Source: a virus
Taxonomy: Duplodnaviria; Heunggongvirae; Uroviricota; Caudoviricetes
Virus record (IMG/VR): IMGVR_UViG_3300037423_001636
Coordinates: 77,169-141,168 of that record
Reading direction: 5' to 3' (one strand)
Length of the DNA stretch: 64,000 nucleotides
Shown here piece by piece: positions 45,917 to 54,705 of the stretch. How positions within the stretch are numbered: the first letter of the stretch is position 1; each line of letters starts with the position of its first letter. The position numbers and the translations under genes are program-made. The notes beneath the pieces were generated by a model. The model worked only from the letters and a program-made list of their open reading frames with translations. It did not search any database and was not told where the DNA came from.

Positions 45917-46277
45917 TCTAGATGAGGGATATGCCTACGATCTGCTGTCCATCGCCGCTGTTAAGGTGGCTAAGAAACCAGTCGAGCAGAATCTTCGGAA
46001 CCATCACCGATTGGAAGATCAGCTCGTCTCTCAGGTCGGCGGTCTAGTCCACAGTAGAATCCTCAGCTCTGAGGAATACAACGCTCTGTATCACACCAAT
46101 CTTGCACTTTTTAACCATATCGACGACATGAAAGCCCGCGAGCCGCGGCTGAGCGATGCTCAGCTTGTAGACCAATACAACTATGCCCGCTACACCCACA
46201 AGCGCGCCATTCAGGAGAGATTCTTCGGAACAGCGTTAAACGAGCAGAAGATCGGGTATACGCAGGAGGCCGCATGA
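45903..46277 (+). CDS. helical hypothetical protein (DUF6165-like)
   Basis: DEGYAYDLLSIAAVK, NLALFNHID, NYARY..KRAI. Confidence 0.5.
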   Translation: MVRIDLDEGYAYDLLSIAAVKVAKKPVEQNLRNHHRLEDQLVSQVGGLVHSRILSSEEYNALYHTNLALFNHIDDMKAREPRLSDAQLVDQYNYARYTHKRAIQERFFGTALNEQKIGYTQEAA

Positions 46278-46456
46278 CGAGCGATCCAGAGTTCACAAGC
46301 GAACCCACCAACAGCCCGCAGGGTCTCGTCATTTTGCGGGGTCAGCGGCTCTACCTAGCTGGCAATACCACGGAATATATCCTGTGCGACAGTTCAGTGC
46401 TTATCAGGGAAGCCCCACCAGCGCCAGAATCCAAACGAGGAGGACCGTTGCCATGA
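46274..46456 (+). CDS. hypothetical protein
   Basis: 60 aa; ATGA overlaps on both sides. Confidence 0.45.
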   Translation: MTSDPEFTSEPTNSPQGLVILRGQRLYLAGNTTEYILCDSSVLIREAPPAPESKRGGPLP

Positions 46457-46998
46457 AAGATGGTAAAACAGTCATCTGCGAAGTTGGTGTCGGCCCATTA
46501 GGGATGGCGTATTCTGCTCTCGTGTGGTCGAATCCCAACGTCCATGTACTTGCGTTTGAACCTCATCCCACGTATTACGCTGAGGTTCTTGCCGCTGCGG
46601 CTGGCCGCTCTAATGTAGAACTTCACAACGTGGCCATTGGTGACGAGTCTGGCACTCTAGAACTTTACGATGAAGGCACGTCTTCTGCGCTGGCCGGTGT
46701 AGGGTCTCCCTCGCTTCAGCATCACGGGGTCAAGCCTCGCACAGCGCATAAGGTAGAGGTGAGACGAATCAGTGATTACGATCAGGGGCAGATAGACATA
46801 CTGAGAATCGATACTGAGGGTGCCGAATGGTTCTGCCTCAAACACCTCGTGAGCCGCCCTGAGCAGATTGTTGTGGAGATCTACAATGACCTTGCTACGT
46901 ACATCAATCCTCACCTTTGGGAGATAGCCCAGTGGGCTGTCCAGAACGGCTATAAATTGACCGACATTAACGACGGCGATTTCATTTACGAACGATGA
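46453..46998 (+). CDS. FkbM-family methyltransferase
   Basis: ICEVGVG, AFEPHP, NVAIG, IDILRIDTEGAEW; start set at ATGA overlap 46453. Confidence 0.85.
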   Translation: MKDGKTVICEVGVGPLGMAYSALVWSNPNVHVLAFEPHPTYYAEVLAAAAGRSNVELHNVAIGDESGTLELYDEGTSSALAGVGSPSLQHHGVKPRTAHKVEVRRISDYDQGQIDILRIDTEGAEWFCLKHLVSRPEQIVVEIYNDLATYINPHLWEIAQWAVQNGYKLTDINDGDFIYER

Positions 46999-47336
46999 GT
47001 CCCACCCTTCCCCTCCGTATTCCTACTTTCCAACCGGCCACTCCTGTCGTTCAACCCATCGAGATCTATGAGCGCTGGGTCAAAGGCACAATTATCGCCA
47101 CCTACACTCAGGCTTTTCTCAATAGCATGGAACCCGACGACTTCGTGACCACCCTCCGCCGAATCTTCGAGCGGAAGAGCAAGGTTTTTCGCAATCTGGC
47201 AGCGCACGTCAAGCGTGAAGTGGAGGAGAAAGGGCGTCCGATCCAACAGACTCTACAGAACATATCGTTCTACGCGATTGTAATGAAGGACTATGTTCAA
47301 CGCAATAACAATCAACCGATCTTGGGACATACGTGA
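46995..47336 (+). CDS. hypothetical helical protein, possibly Nmad1/DUF1599-like
   Basis: RIFERKSKVFRNL...IQQTLQNISFYAIVM resembles the R..DK..RL...I.DTL.D.ANYAI pattern. Confidence 0.4.
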   Translation: MSPTLPLRIPTFQPATPVVQPIEIYERWVKGTIIATYTQAFLNSMEPDDFVTTLRRIFERKSKVFRNLAAHVKREVEEKGRPIQQTLQNISFYAIVMKDYVQRNNNQPILGHT

Positions 47337-47932
47337 GCTACGCCCAATTCATACCTAGTCCAGAAGAGTTCCCACATCACCTGTTTGAACAGGTCTCGCG
47401 GGAAATCACAAACGAGGATATTATCTGTGATGTAGGCTGTGGATTTGGCTACAGCACCTGCTATATGACGGAATGTCTGGTAGCCTCAGATAAGCGACCT
47501 AAATTCTACGCGTTCGACCAGTGGGGTATTGGTGATGAAGAGCCGTTCCCAGTATTCACCCAGTGGGGTGAGCCGTTCGATCAGTGGATGAAACGCGTCG
47601 GCGGGCCGGCCGCGCTGCTGGATCAGTTTCTGTTTCATCTGAGGAACAACCCATGTCGGGAAAGGCTTACTGATTGGGCTCAGTTCCCCTCCCATACGAT
47701 CTGTAACAATTTCGCCGATCAGTCAGTCGTTTTCGCGTTTCTACATGCGAGCCGAGATCGCGAGCGCGTGCTGCGGGAGATTCGTGGTTGGTGGCCCAAA
47801 ATATCAAAGAACGGTGGCAAGCTGGCCGTTCTTGGTGTAGCGGAGGACGGGGTGTCGCAGGCCGTGAAGGAATATTGCGCAGACTCTATCGCTATCGACT
47901 TCCGCGATAACACCTACATTCTATTCAAGTGA
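47333..47932 (+). CDS. class I SAM-dependent methyltransferase
   Basis: ICDVGCGFGYS, FYAFDQW, WWPKI..GG. Confidence 0.8.
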   Translation: MSYAQFIPSPEEFPHHLFEQVSREITNEDIICDVGCGFGYSTCYMTECLVASDKRPKFYAFDQWGIGDEEPFPVFTQWGEPFDQWMKRVGGPAALLDQFLFHLRNNPCRERLTDWAQFPSHTICNNFADQSVVFAFLHASRDRERVLREIRGWWPKISKNGGKLAVLGVAEDGVSQAVKEYCADSIAIDFRDNTYILFK

Positions 47933-48618
47933 ATCAAATCGTTTCGCAATTCTACGAGAAGGACTCTTATCAGGAGCCCTACGATCTCCAGCACGGACCT
48001 CGGCTAGACGCTCTCGTCACCCGCTACAACCTTCGGGAAAAGCTGGCGGCCAAGCGCGTCGTGGACGTGGGCGGCGGGCTGGGTTTTCTAGGGAAGCGAC
48101 TGGACCCGAGCACGGACTACTGGGTGATCGATGGAGCTGAGATAACACTGGAACAGCGTCTATGTGCGGGTCGGTGGACCAAGGTTGATCTAGATCATGA
48201 TGTCCTAAGCAATTCATATAGCACGGAAATCGATGGCGCGCTTCCTCATCCCGGAGAGTTTGATGCGGGGTTCTGTCTCGAAACGATTGAACACTGCGGC
48301 AATCCCCATCACGTTCTCGTGGAGCTGAAGAAGCTCGTCAAGATCGGCTGCCCCATCTATCTGAGCATTCCTTCCGAGGATGTTTGGCACAATGTTCCGT
48401 ACCCGGGCCTTATGTGGCCCCGTCAGAATTTCGAACAGTTTCTTGGACAAATGGCGCTCAATATTGTGGATTTTTCTCACTATCAGCCCGCAGGCCGCGG
48501 CTGGCCTGCGTATACGTGGTTGTGTGAGAATCGTCCATGGGCAGAGAAAAAGCTGGCTTTTCCTAAGGGTGAGGAGAAATTCCGAAACTGCACCCCATTA
48601 GAGGCGACAAACTTATGA
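47929..48618 (+). CDS. class I SAM-dependent methyltransferase
   Basis: VVDVGGGLGF, FDAGFCLETIEH, YLSIP. Confidence 0.85.
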   Translation: MNQIVSQFYEKDSYQEPYDLQHGPRLDALVTRYNLREKLAAKRVVDVGGGLGFLGKRLDPSTDYWVIDGAEITLEQRLCAGRWTKVDLDHDVLSNSYSTEIDGALPHPGEFDAGFCLETIEHCGNPHHVLVELKKLVKIGCPIYLSIPSEDVWHNVPYPGLMWPRQNFEQFLGQMALNIVDFSHYQPAGRGWPAYTWLCENRPWAEKKLAFPKGEEKFRNCTPLEATNL

Positions 48619-49430
48619 TCCGCGCAATCGGCTTCATGCAGGGTCTTCGCGGAGACCTTGTAATGTCTACCGTCTGCGCCCGCTCGTTCAAGGAACAATA
48701 TCCTGATGCCCATTTAACCTTAGGCGTTCATAAGCGCTTCAAGGATCTCCTGCCATTATTTCACGATTCCCAGTTCGATTCCACTCACGTATGGGAGACC
48801 TACGACGGCTGGCCGGGACCGCGGGACCTAGAATACATTCAGTCAGCAAAACACGATATAGTTTTTCATGCAATGCCACAGCATCGGGATGAATGGTGGA
48901 AGATACGGCACCAGTATGCAGAGACGGCCTATATGTGCGGGCTACCCATTCCGACAGATATCCGTCCGAAGCTCGCCCGCTGGTTTGGTCTCAACACTAG
49001 CTTCCACAATCGAGTAGTGGCCTTCGCGCCGTTTGGTGGCAACAACGAAGTCAATGACAAAATGCTTAGCGTAGAGCAGGCGCAGGGCATTGTGGACTAC
49101 CTAACCGACCGTGGCTGGTCCGTACTCCATCTTGGCGCTTCCACAGAGCCGGCACTAGAAGGAGCTATATTCTACGATACATCGTATTTCGACTCGGTGC
49201 GGAACATGCTATCGTGCCGAGCCCTCATTCACTGTGACACCGGTATGGGGCACGTAGCAGGCGCATACAACCACCCAAGTCTCGGTATCTATGGCTGGCG
49301 CTATCATGGAGAAGCTGGGCTTAAACATATTCAACCTTTACACGGAAACTTCCTAGCGGTGAATGGACCAAAGGTATGCGAGATTTCACTTGACACTATA
49401 GCCCAGAGCATCGACACTCTGCTAGCATGA
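48615..49430 (+). CDS. GT9-family glycosyltransferase
   Basis: GLRGDLVMST, KEQYPDA, LIHCDTGMGHVAGAY. Confidence 0.85.
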   Translation: MIRAIGFMQGLRGDLVMSTVCARSFKEQYPDAHLTLGVHKRFKDLLPLFHDSQFDSTHVWETYDGWPGPRDLEYIQSAKHDIVFHAMPQHRDEWWKIRHQYAETAYMCGLPIPTDIRPKLARWFGLNTSFHNRVVAFAPFGGNNEVNDKMLSVEQAQGIVDYLTDRGWSVLHLGASTEPALEGAIFYDTSYFDSVRNMLSCRALIHCDTGMGHVAGAYNHPSLGIYGWRYHGEAGLKHIQPLHGNFLAVNGPKVCEISLDTIAQSIDTLLA

Positions 49431-49903
49431 CCCGATTTTTCGCGGCACTATGTTCCGCCTTCCTGCTTCTACTCACTGGCTGCGGCTATCCCAAACACAT
49501 CGATCCGCCTACGCTGACTTATCCATCTCAACAAATGGCTGAAGAGTCAGCGTATCTTCATGCGCGGGATTTACCCAATGGTCCCGGCTTGACCCTTCTA
49601 ATCATTCCACCCACACACTCCATGGCCCCTACAATTGACGTTGGGGATATTATCGTTGTAGACACTCACGCTCCTTACTCGGAGCGAGTTCCGGGTGAAA
49701 TAGTAACGTATTTCGGTGTGGATGGAGAATGGAAAGATCGGCCGAAAGATTCTCCTCCAATCACTCATCGCATCAGCTCGAAGCATTCTGATGGATTCAT
49801 AATGACCGGCGACAATAATCGATATAGTGAGTCTCGGTCTCGGGTTACGGAGACGAACTATGTGGGGCTCGTTGTAGGCATATACAGGGTTTCGACCAAG
49901 TAG
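49427..49903 (+). CDS. lipoprotein with S26 signal peptidase domain (Ser/His type)
   Basis: Lipobox LLLTG-C19; THSMAPTIDVGD; ITHRI; MTGDNN. Confidence 0.8.
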   Translation: MTRFFAALCSAFLLLLTGCGYPKHIDPPTLTYPSQQMAEESAYLHARDLPNGPGLTLLIIPPTHSMAPTIDVGDIIVVDTHAPYSERVPGEIVTYFGVDGEWKDRPKDSPPITHRISSKHSDGFIMTGDNNRYSESRSRVTETNYVGLVVGIYRVSTK

Positions 49904-49924
49904 GTTGTAGGATTTCATCAAATC

Positions 49925-50902
49925 ATGAGCAATCCTTTCAAGTTGATTATGCTTAGCGCATATCATGAGCAAGGTGGCAATGTCCTCCATCGATTCCTCG
50001 ACAGCCATCCTCAGTTGATGGTTTATCCCATGGAATCGACTTGCGCTACACCACTCTCTGCCAATCTCATCGCTGGCCCAAATCACTGGATGCCACAGCG
50101 GTATGCCTACCCGGAGTTCGGAAGCGAGTGGACTGTGGAGCAGTGCTATCACGCAATGGCCGACCATGAGCTGAAGACCTATCTCCGCTCTCCTCACGCG
50201 TCCAAGTTCCGCGACTGCGGGCTCGTGATGGACGAGAAGGCGCGGCTGGATCGCTTCAATGAGTTGATGACTGAGGCGAAATGGGATAACGCGGACGGAA
50301 TGGGAGATTCAGGATTTGCCTCTCGTCGCCAGCATATCGAAGCCTTCTTCCGAGCCACCTTCGATACATGGACCAATTTCGCCCGCACTGGCAAGGAGAC
50401 CCACTACGTCGGCTATATTCCCCCAATTCTGATGGACGCCGACAAGTTCTTCGCAGACTTCCCGAATGGCCACATGGTCCATATCGTCCGCAATCCGTGG
50501 TCGGGCTACGCGGACACTATCAAACGCCCCTTTCCGTTTCCTCTAGAGCGCTACTGCCAGATGTGGAACGTGTGTTCTACTCAAGCGGCGGTCTATGCGG
50601 CCAAGTACGAGGGTAGATTCCATACGCTGAAATATGAACATCTTGTATTAAAGCCCAAATCAATTCTCGACGACCTTCTGTCCGATTTGAGGCTAGATCC
50701 ATTTACGAGCGAGCCGCGCCCTTCGTTCAACCGAAAGTCTCTGGAAACCGTTTTTCCATGGGGCACAATCAAACACGCGACAGAAGAAGCGAATCTAGCT
50801 ACCGCCCGCGAGCTGACCAAAGAGCAGATGGAGGCTATCTATATGGAATGTGGTTTAGCGGTTGAGCAATGGAGTTATGGGCCGTTCTACATGAAGCTGT
50901 GA
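49925..50902 (+). CDS. sulfotransferase-fold protein
   Basis: EQGGNVLHRFLDSHPQL, HIVRNPW, LKYEHLV. Confidence 0.75.
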   Translation: MSNPFKLIMLSAYHEQGGNVLHRFLDSHPQLMVYPMESTCATPLSANLIAGPNHWMPQRYAYPEFGSEWTVEQCYHAMADHELKTYLRSPHASKFRDCGLVMDEKARLDRFNELMTEAKWDNADGMGDSGFASRRQHIEAFFRATFDTWTNFARTGKETHYVGYIPPILMDADKFFADFPNGHMVHIVRNPWSGYADTIKRPFPFPLERYCQMWNVCSTQAAVYAAKYEGRFHTLKYEHLVLKPKSILDDLLSDLRLDPFTSEPRPSFNRKSLETVFPWGTIKHATEEANLATARELTKEQMEAIYMECGLAVEQWSYGPFYMKL

Positions 50903-51798
50903 GCAGCGTTTTTCACACTCCTCGCCGGCTCGCTGAGTATGTCGCCTTGCGCCGCTCCATCTTTCACCTGAAGACCGATCAGCCGCCAAACAAGCTGCGG
51001 CACGATATTGTGATCAAAGGAGATACAATCATCCGACATTCCCAGATGGGGAATCCCGATCTCTCCATGTGGGTGGAGAGAATGGTGGTCGAGAAAGCGG
51101 CGGGCGCTGGAGCGCGGATCATCCATCTCGAAATTGGCAACGATGACAAGAGCACCTACCATGTGATGGCGCGGGCGAAGGGCATTCCCCTAGCCGAAGT
51201 GCCGGCTGGGCGACCGAGGCAGATCGCGTTCTGCGGGCTGGGCATGGAACTGGCGCGACTGCATCAGATACAAGGGAAGGGTGCCGGGTTTGTATACCCA
51301 TCAGACGGTCTGGTGATTGGCGTGCAGGAACGGTGGGCGGACCATTTACTCGCCAAGCTAGGAAACCACATCCAAATTCCCGATCTATTCTACGTTAACC
51401 ATCGAATCTCCACACTGATTTCAACTTTCTGCGATACCGCTCATGTCTATCCCACAGTCCTCCTCCACGCTGATCTAAATCCGCACAATATCTTCGTTAA
51501 CTCATCCAGCGCATTTCCCATCACGGCGATACTCGACTGGGAAGATGCTCTCGTCGGAGACCCAATCTACGATCTGGCGAACTGGGCGACATTTCACGAT
51601 GCCGAGGAAGACGATTGGGACCAGTTGTTTGCGGGCTATTACGCACGGACCGAACGCCCATCGGATTTTGACTGGCGATTCTGGATCTACTATCTTCGCA
51701 TTTCCGTTTCTAAATACGTGCAGCTCCAGAGGTATGGATTTCCCGATCTCACCCGCGCCCGCCGCCGTATCGACCGCGCACTGGAGGCTCTCGAATGA
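50899..51798 (+). CDS. APH/choline-kinase-like phosphotransferase
   Basis: LLHADLNPHNI, ILDWEDALVGDPIYDLA; GTGA overlap start. Confidence 0.88.
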   Translation: MSSVFHTPRRLAEYVALRRSIFHLKTDQPPNKLRHDIVIKGDTIIRHSQMGNPDLSMWVERMVVEKAAGAGARIIHLEIGNDDKSTYHVMARAKGIPLAEVPAGRPRQIAFCGLGMELARLHQIQGKGAGFVYPSDGLVIGVQERWADHLLAKLGNHIQIPDLFYVNHRISTLISTFCDTAHVYPTVLLHADLNPHNIFVNSSSAFPITAILDWEDALVGDPIYDLANWATFHDAEEDDWDQLFAGYYARTERPSDFDWRFWIYYLRISVSKYVQLQRYGFPDLTRARRRIDRALEALE

Positions 51799-52487
51799 AT
51801 CTGGGGCTGCTTACTCACTACCTACCAAATCCGTCCGAAGACTATTCGGAATTGGCCGCAATCACTATCCCTCAGCGTGAAGAGTATTGCCGCCGCCATG
51901 GATACACTCATTTCGTTCACAAGGGACCGTATCACAATGTGTCTTATTACTATGCGGTGCAACGTCTGTTTCTACTCAACGATCTGATGGTGGCTAACCC
52001 GCACATTGACGTATGGTGGGTGTTGAATGTGCAGGCGCTTCTGACGAATCTAACGAAGCCAGTAGAAGATGCGGTGCCCGACGTTCACGATAGACTCCTC
52101 GACGAGGAGGACAAGCACTTCTGGATCTCACACGATTGCCATGGTCTCAACGCTGGCTCGTTTCTTGTCCGAAACAGCGAATGGGGCCGCACATGGATTC
52201 AGCTTGTAGCCGACCAGACTGTCAATCGCAATGGTCCTGCCGACCCGTGGCATGAACAGCGGACCATGATGAATTTGGAGAATCATGTGTTCTTTCGCGA
52301 CCGCATTCAGATTGTTCTTCAGAATACGATCAACTCTTATCTGTATAAATTGTACCCCCCGTGGAACGATTCTACCCCCGGCAACTGGGCTTCGGGAGAT
52401 TTGGTGCTTAGTCTTCCGGGGCTGGACCTCAAGCGTCGGCTGGAGATAGTGCGAAGCGAGGAATGGCAGAGAAGGATTATTACATGA
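51795..52487 (+). CDS. GT34-like (MNN10/GMA12) protein with degenerate DxD
   Basis: EYCRRHGY, LNAGSFLVRNSEW, HEQ, INSY; NVQ at the DxD position. Confidence 0.75.
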   Translation: MNLGLLTHYLPNPSEDYSELAAITIPQREEYCRRHGYTHFVHKGPYHNVSYYYAVQRLFLLNDLMVANPHIDVWWVLNVQALLTNLTKPVEDAVPDVHDRLLDEEDKHFWISHDCHGLNAGSFLVRNSEWGRTWIQLVADQTVNRNGPADPWHEQRTMMNLENHVFFRDRIQIVLQNTINSYLYKLYPPWNDSTPGNWASGDLVLSLPGLDLKRRLEIVRSEEWQRRIIT

Positions 52488-52735
52488 CCAATGAACCAAT
52501 AGACGGGGGTAAACGCTACATTCCACATGTAGGTATTGCCAATGCGCGGCGAGGAGAGTGCATGGAGGTTAGGAGGCCCAAGAAACAGAAGATTCCCAAA
52601 ACAATGACGTTCATTATGGAGCCGGAGATAAAACCGCACCTAGATTATCCCTCTGCTGGCCCCAGTATCTGGCGTGATATGATGAAAGAGATGATTATAA
52701 AAGATGCAACCATCGGCATTTGGGCTTCAAAATGA
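52484..52735 (+). CDS. hypothetical protein
   Basis: ATGA overlaps on both sides fill the gap exactly. Confidence 0.4.
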   Translation: MTNEPIDGGKRYIPHVGIANARRGECMEVRRPKKQKIPKTMTFIMEPEIKPHLDYPSAGPSIWRDMMKEMIIKDATIGIWASK

Positions 52736-53607
52736 CTCCAATCCTTTACGACAACATTCTGTTTCGGACCACCGATCTTCACGCTGCCTTCATGGATAAA
52801 ACAGTCTTCATCGCTGGCCGCGGCTTCTTTGGCCGTTGGTTTCAAGGATTTTTCGAACATCTGAACAAACGGGGTATTAACGTGAGCGTGCAGGCCGCGT
52901 CCAAGTCGGGCGGCTGGGACATTAACGATCCCAGCACGTATTCCGAATTTCAGAAGAGCGCTGACTATATCATCAATGCCTGTGGCTCGGCCTCCGCACA
53001 ACTGCCCGATGAGGAGATCGTTCAACAGCATCTAGCGGGGCCGATCAATCTACGTTCCCATACGAAGCCCGGCGCAGTTATGCTACAGATTTCCAGCGGG
53101 GCCGCGATCAACCCGAAGAATTGTTACGGGTCCTGCAAGCAGGCGGCGGAAAACCATCTTCTCTCGATGGGGGGCAAGACCCAGATTGTAAGAGTCTTCG
53201 CGACCATCGGGCCGGGCATGGATCTGAACACGCATTTCGCCATTCCCACGTTTATTCGAAATACTCTGGCAGGACAACCCATTGCCGCCATTCCCGGCGT
53301 ATCTCGCTCGTTTGCTCATGTGTGCGACGTAATAACTCAGTGTCTTCACGTGATGATAAATGGAGACGGGAAGCCCTATGATGTCGGTTCGGATGATCTG
53401 ATTTCTATAGAAGACGCAGCCAACCTGATTTCAGAAAACGTTATTTGGGCGGGGCGCGATACGTTTCAGAGTAATGCGGCGGTGAACTTGTATGCAGCCA
53501 ACCTTACTAGAATCAAGGATCAGTTCAATTTAGGAATTGACTGGTCCAGCAGAGCCGCGATACTCTCTACATGGCGCGCATTCTCCAATGCCTCTAACAC
53601 GACTTGA
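52732..53607 (+). CDS. NAD-dependent epimerase/dehydratase (extended SDR)
   Basis: FIAGRGFFGRW, ISSGA, YGSCK, RSFAHVCD. Confidence 0.85.
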   Translation: MTPILYDNILFRTTDLHAAFMDKTVFIAGRGFFGRWFQGFFEHLNKRGINVSVQAASKSGGWDINDPSTYSEFQKSADYIINACGSASAQLPDEEIVQQHLAGPINLRSHTKPGAVMLQISSGAAINPKNCYGSCKQAAENHLLSMGGKTQIVRVFATIGPGMDLNTHFAIPTFIRNTLAGQPIAAIPGVSRSFAHVCDVITQCLHVMINGDGKPYDVGSDDLISIEDAANLISENVIWAGRDTFQSNAAVNLYAANLTRIKDQFNLGIDWSSRAAILSTWRAFSNASNTT

Positions 53608-54229
53608 ACGCAGGATTCTAGAACTATCGTATAAACATCGCAGGAGTCATATCGGCAGCTGTTTGGGCGCTGCGCCGATTCTCGATGAGATGTACTCGAA
53701 GCGCCGGCCGGATGAGCCGGTAATTCTGTCATGCGGACACGCGGGCTTAGCTCTGTACTGTGTTTTGGAAAAGTACTATGGACACATCGATGCGGAAGAC
53801 CTGTTGATGCGACATGGTGTCCATCCGACCAAAAACGCTGAAGATGGAATCTGGTGTTCGACAGGATCTTTAGGACAGGGAATCACGGTTGCGACAGGGA
53901 GGGCTCTCGTAGACCGGGGGCGCGACGTATGGTGCTTGATCAGTGATGGAGAATGCGCCGAAGGATCGGTATATGAAGCGCTTAGGCTAGCAGGCGAGAA
54001 GCGGCTCACAAACCTCCGAGTCTATTGCCATTGGAATGGCTACGGAGCATATCGCCAGATCGAAGGCGGCGCGCTAGACACTATGAGATTACTATGCCGC
54101 TGGATGGAGGTGCGTGGAATCCGGCCAGAAGGATTGGGCATTCCGTTTTTGAAGGCGCAGGACGCCCACTACACTCAGATGTCAGAAGAGGATTGGAAAT
54201 GGGTCCAATCACAAGAGATCATTCCATGA
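53588..54229 (+). CDS. transketolase-like, N-terminal TPP-binding subunit
   Basis: SHIGSCL, LSCGHA, HP, STGSLGQG, SDGECAEG. Confidence 0.9.
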   Translation: MPLTRLERRILELSYKHRRSHIGSCLGAAPILDEMYSKRRPDEPVILSCGHAGLALYCVLEKYYGHIDAEDLLMRHGVHPTKNAEDGIWCSTGSLGQGITVATGRALVDRGRDVWCLISDGECAEGSVYEALRLAGEKRLTNLRVYCHWNGYGAYRQIEGGALDTMRLLCRWMEVRGIRPEGLGIPFLKAQDAHYTQMSEEDWKWVQSQEIIP

Positions 54230-54705
54230 GACGCGACTTCCACCCTCTCCTTCACGCCGCCATGAAGCGGGATGATAGAATATGGCTTTTGACGGCCGAC
54301 CTTGGATATAAAATGTGGGACCAAATCTTTACAGACTTCCCAGATCGCGCGGTCAATGTAGGTGCCAGCGAACAACTACTCATCGGGACCGCTGTGGGTC
54401 TGGCTGAAGACGGCAAGATACCCGTGGCCTATTCCATCACCCCATTCCTCCTCTATCGGCCGGCAGAATGGATTCGCAACTTTATACATCGAGAGAATGT
54501 GCCGGTGAAGCTGCTGGGAGGGGGTCGTGACACGGATTATCTCGAAGACGGTTACACCCATTATGCTGGTGACGATGGCGAGTTCCTCAACCTATTCCCG
54601 GGGATAAAGGGATTCTGGCCGCAGGACGTGAAGGAACTGAAGGAACATGCGTTCCAAACGTGGCTGCATTATGATGGGCCGGCGTATTTGAATTTGAGAC
54701 GATGA
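54226..54705 (+). CDS. transketolase-like, pyrimidine-binding subunit (no C-terminal domain)
   Basis: LTADLG, NVGASEQ..IGTAVGLA, GYTH. Confidence 0.88.
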   Translation: MRRDFHPLLHAAMKRDDRIWLLTADLGYKMWDQIFTDFPDRAVNVGASEQLLIGTAVGLAEDGKIPVAYSITPFLLYRPAEWIRNFIHRENVPVKLLGGGRDTDYLEDGYTHYAGDDGEFLNLFPGIKGFWPQDVKELKEHAFQTWLHYDGPAYLNLRR

